63,330 nucleotides of DNA from Gammaproteobacteria bacterium (GTDB lineage Bacteria > Pseudomonadota > Gammaproteobacteria > Eutrophobiales > Eutrophobiaceae), in assembly GCA_021773245.1 (NCBI GenBank), contig JAJFKK010000004.1, positions 1 through 63,330 of the forward strand, read 5' to 3'. The translations under genes and the position numbers were made by a program. Under the pieces are notes generated by a model. It made no database searches and was not told the DNA's origin. It saw only the letters and a program-made list of their open reading frames with translations. This document shows, one piece after another, positions 62,652-63,330 of this stretch (position 1 is its first letter; the number at the start of each line of letters is the position of its first letter).

Positions 62652-63330
62652 TTAAGACGCCTTCACTTCATGAGTCGAACTAAAGGCATTCTTCTTGGTA
62701 TCAGTGCCTTTCACCGTTATTACCCCTTCTTCCATAGGGACAAAGTAAAAACGTAAGGCCGGATCCATACTTACTGAAAAAGTTAACAAGGCTTTAACAA
62801 CGGGCTTACCATTGTAGTCAACTTCGAAGGTATCCATAAAAAATGCCGGTGGAATTACTCTTGAGCCAATCCTTAACGGTGCCATACCGGTGATATTCGG
62901 ATGACGTACTTTGACTTGCATTAGATTGGGTTCACCGAAAGCCACATCACCCACCACTTTCATTTTCATTTTACCCAACAGTTTTCTGGAGTCTTCCATA
63001 CTGGCCGGGGGTGGCGCAGAGCAAGCACCTTTAGCGCGGACAAAGCTCTTGGTCATATACAGTTCACCGGTATTCAATTCAGCAACCGTGCGTACAAAGC
63101 TAAAGGTATCGACACGAATACGCATCGCCAAGTCGGCTTTACCGCTATCCGGGGTGAATTCAAACATGCCGACAAGCGGCATCGGGTTCATATCCACAAA
63201 GATATGCATTTTCTTAATATAGCGTTCTTTGGTTTGCGGGATTTTAGTATGAACCGAGATGGGCACAATCGACGCATCTTCGGCCGTATAAGGGGCTTTT
63301 ATTTCAAGAATATTCTGCTCAGTACCTTCG
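62652..63330 (-). CDS. Fused SoxYZ-like carrier of the quinoprotein-dehydrogenase-associated type (5' end off the window)
   Basis: Open to the window edge (APYTAEDASIVP); D.NP.P, RIRVD, KGACSAP (SoxY-like GGC equivalent), HPN.TG and S.S.DP (SoxZ-like). Confidence 0.8.
   Translation of the reverse strand, partial: EGTEQNILEIKAPYTAEDASIVPISVHTKIPQTKERYIKKMHIFVDMNPMPLVGMFEFTPDSGKADLAMRIRVDTFSFVRTVAELNTGELYMTKSFVRAKGACSAPPPASMEDSRKLLGKMKMKVVGDVAFGEPNLMQVKVRHPNITGMAPLRIGSRVIPPAFFMDTFEVDYNGKPVVKALLTFSVSMDPALRFYFVPMEEGVITVKGTDTKKNAFSSTHEVKAS

Overview
AT-rich, gene-dense chromosomal segment of a Gammaproteobacterium, judged from conserved gene order: mltD-gloB-yafS-rnhA-dnaQ; argD-argF-surE-pcm-nlpD-rpoS; tRNA-fMet-rimP-nusA-infB-rbfA-truB-rpsO-pnp; rpsP-rimM-trmD-rplS-xerD..dsbC; hldE-hldD-waaA. 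I saw no transposase, prophage, rRNA or CRISPR array. The most unusual signal is non-coding. A family of 47-51 bp two-hairpin micro-elements, each starting 5'-CGA and carrying GGA-loop hairpins, is nested inside itself at 18.8-19.1 kb and 43.4 kb, with a relic at 26.5 kb. There are also two larger MITEs: one splits the N-terminus of rnhA and one supplies the argD stop codon. Unusual coding features include a spore-photoproduct-lyase-like radical SAM operon, a PQQ dehydrogenase with Gly at two canonical acidic active-site positions, an SDR with Phe in place of the catalytic Tyr, a fused Memo-AMMECR1 gene opposite its radical SAM partner, and a histone-H1-like gene followed by an unannotated 35-aa ORF. 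All calls come from reading motifs and synteny by eye; no database searches were run.
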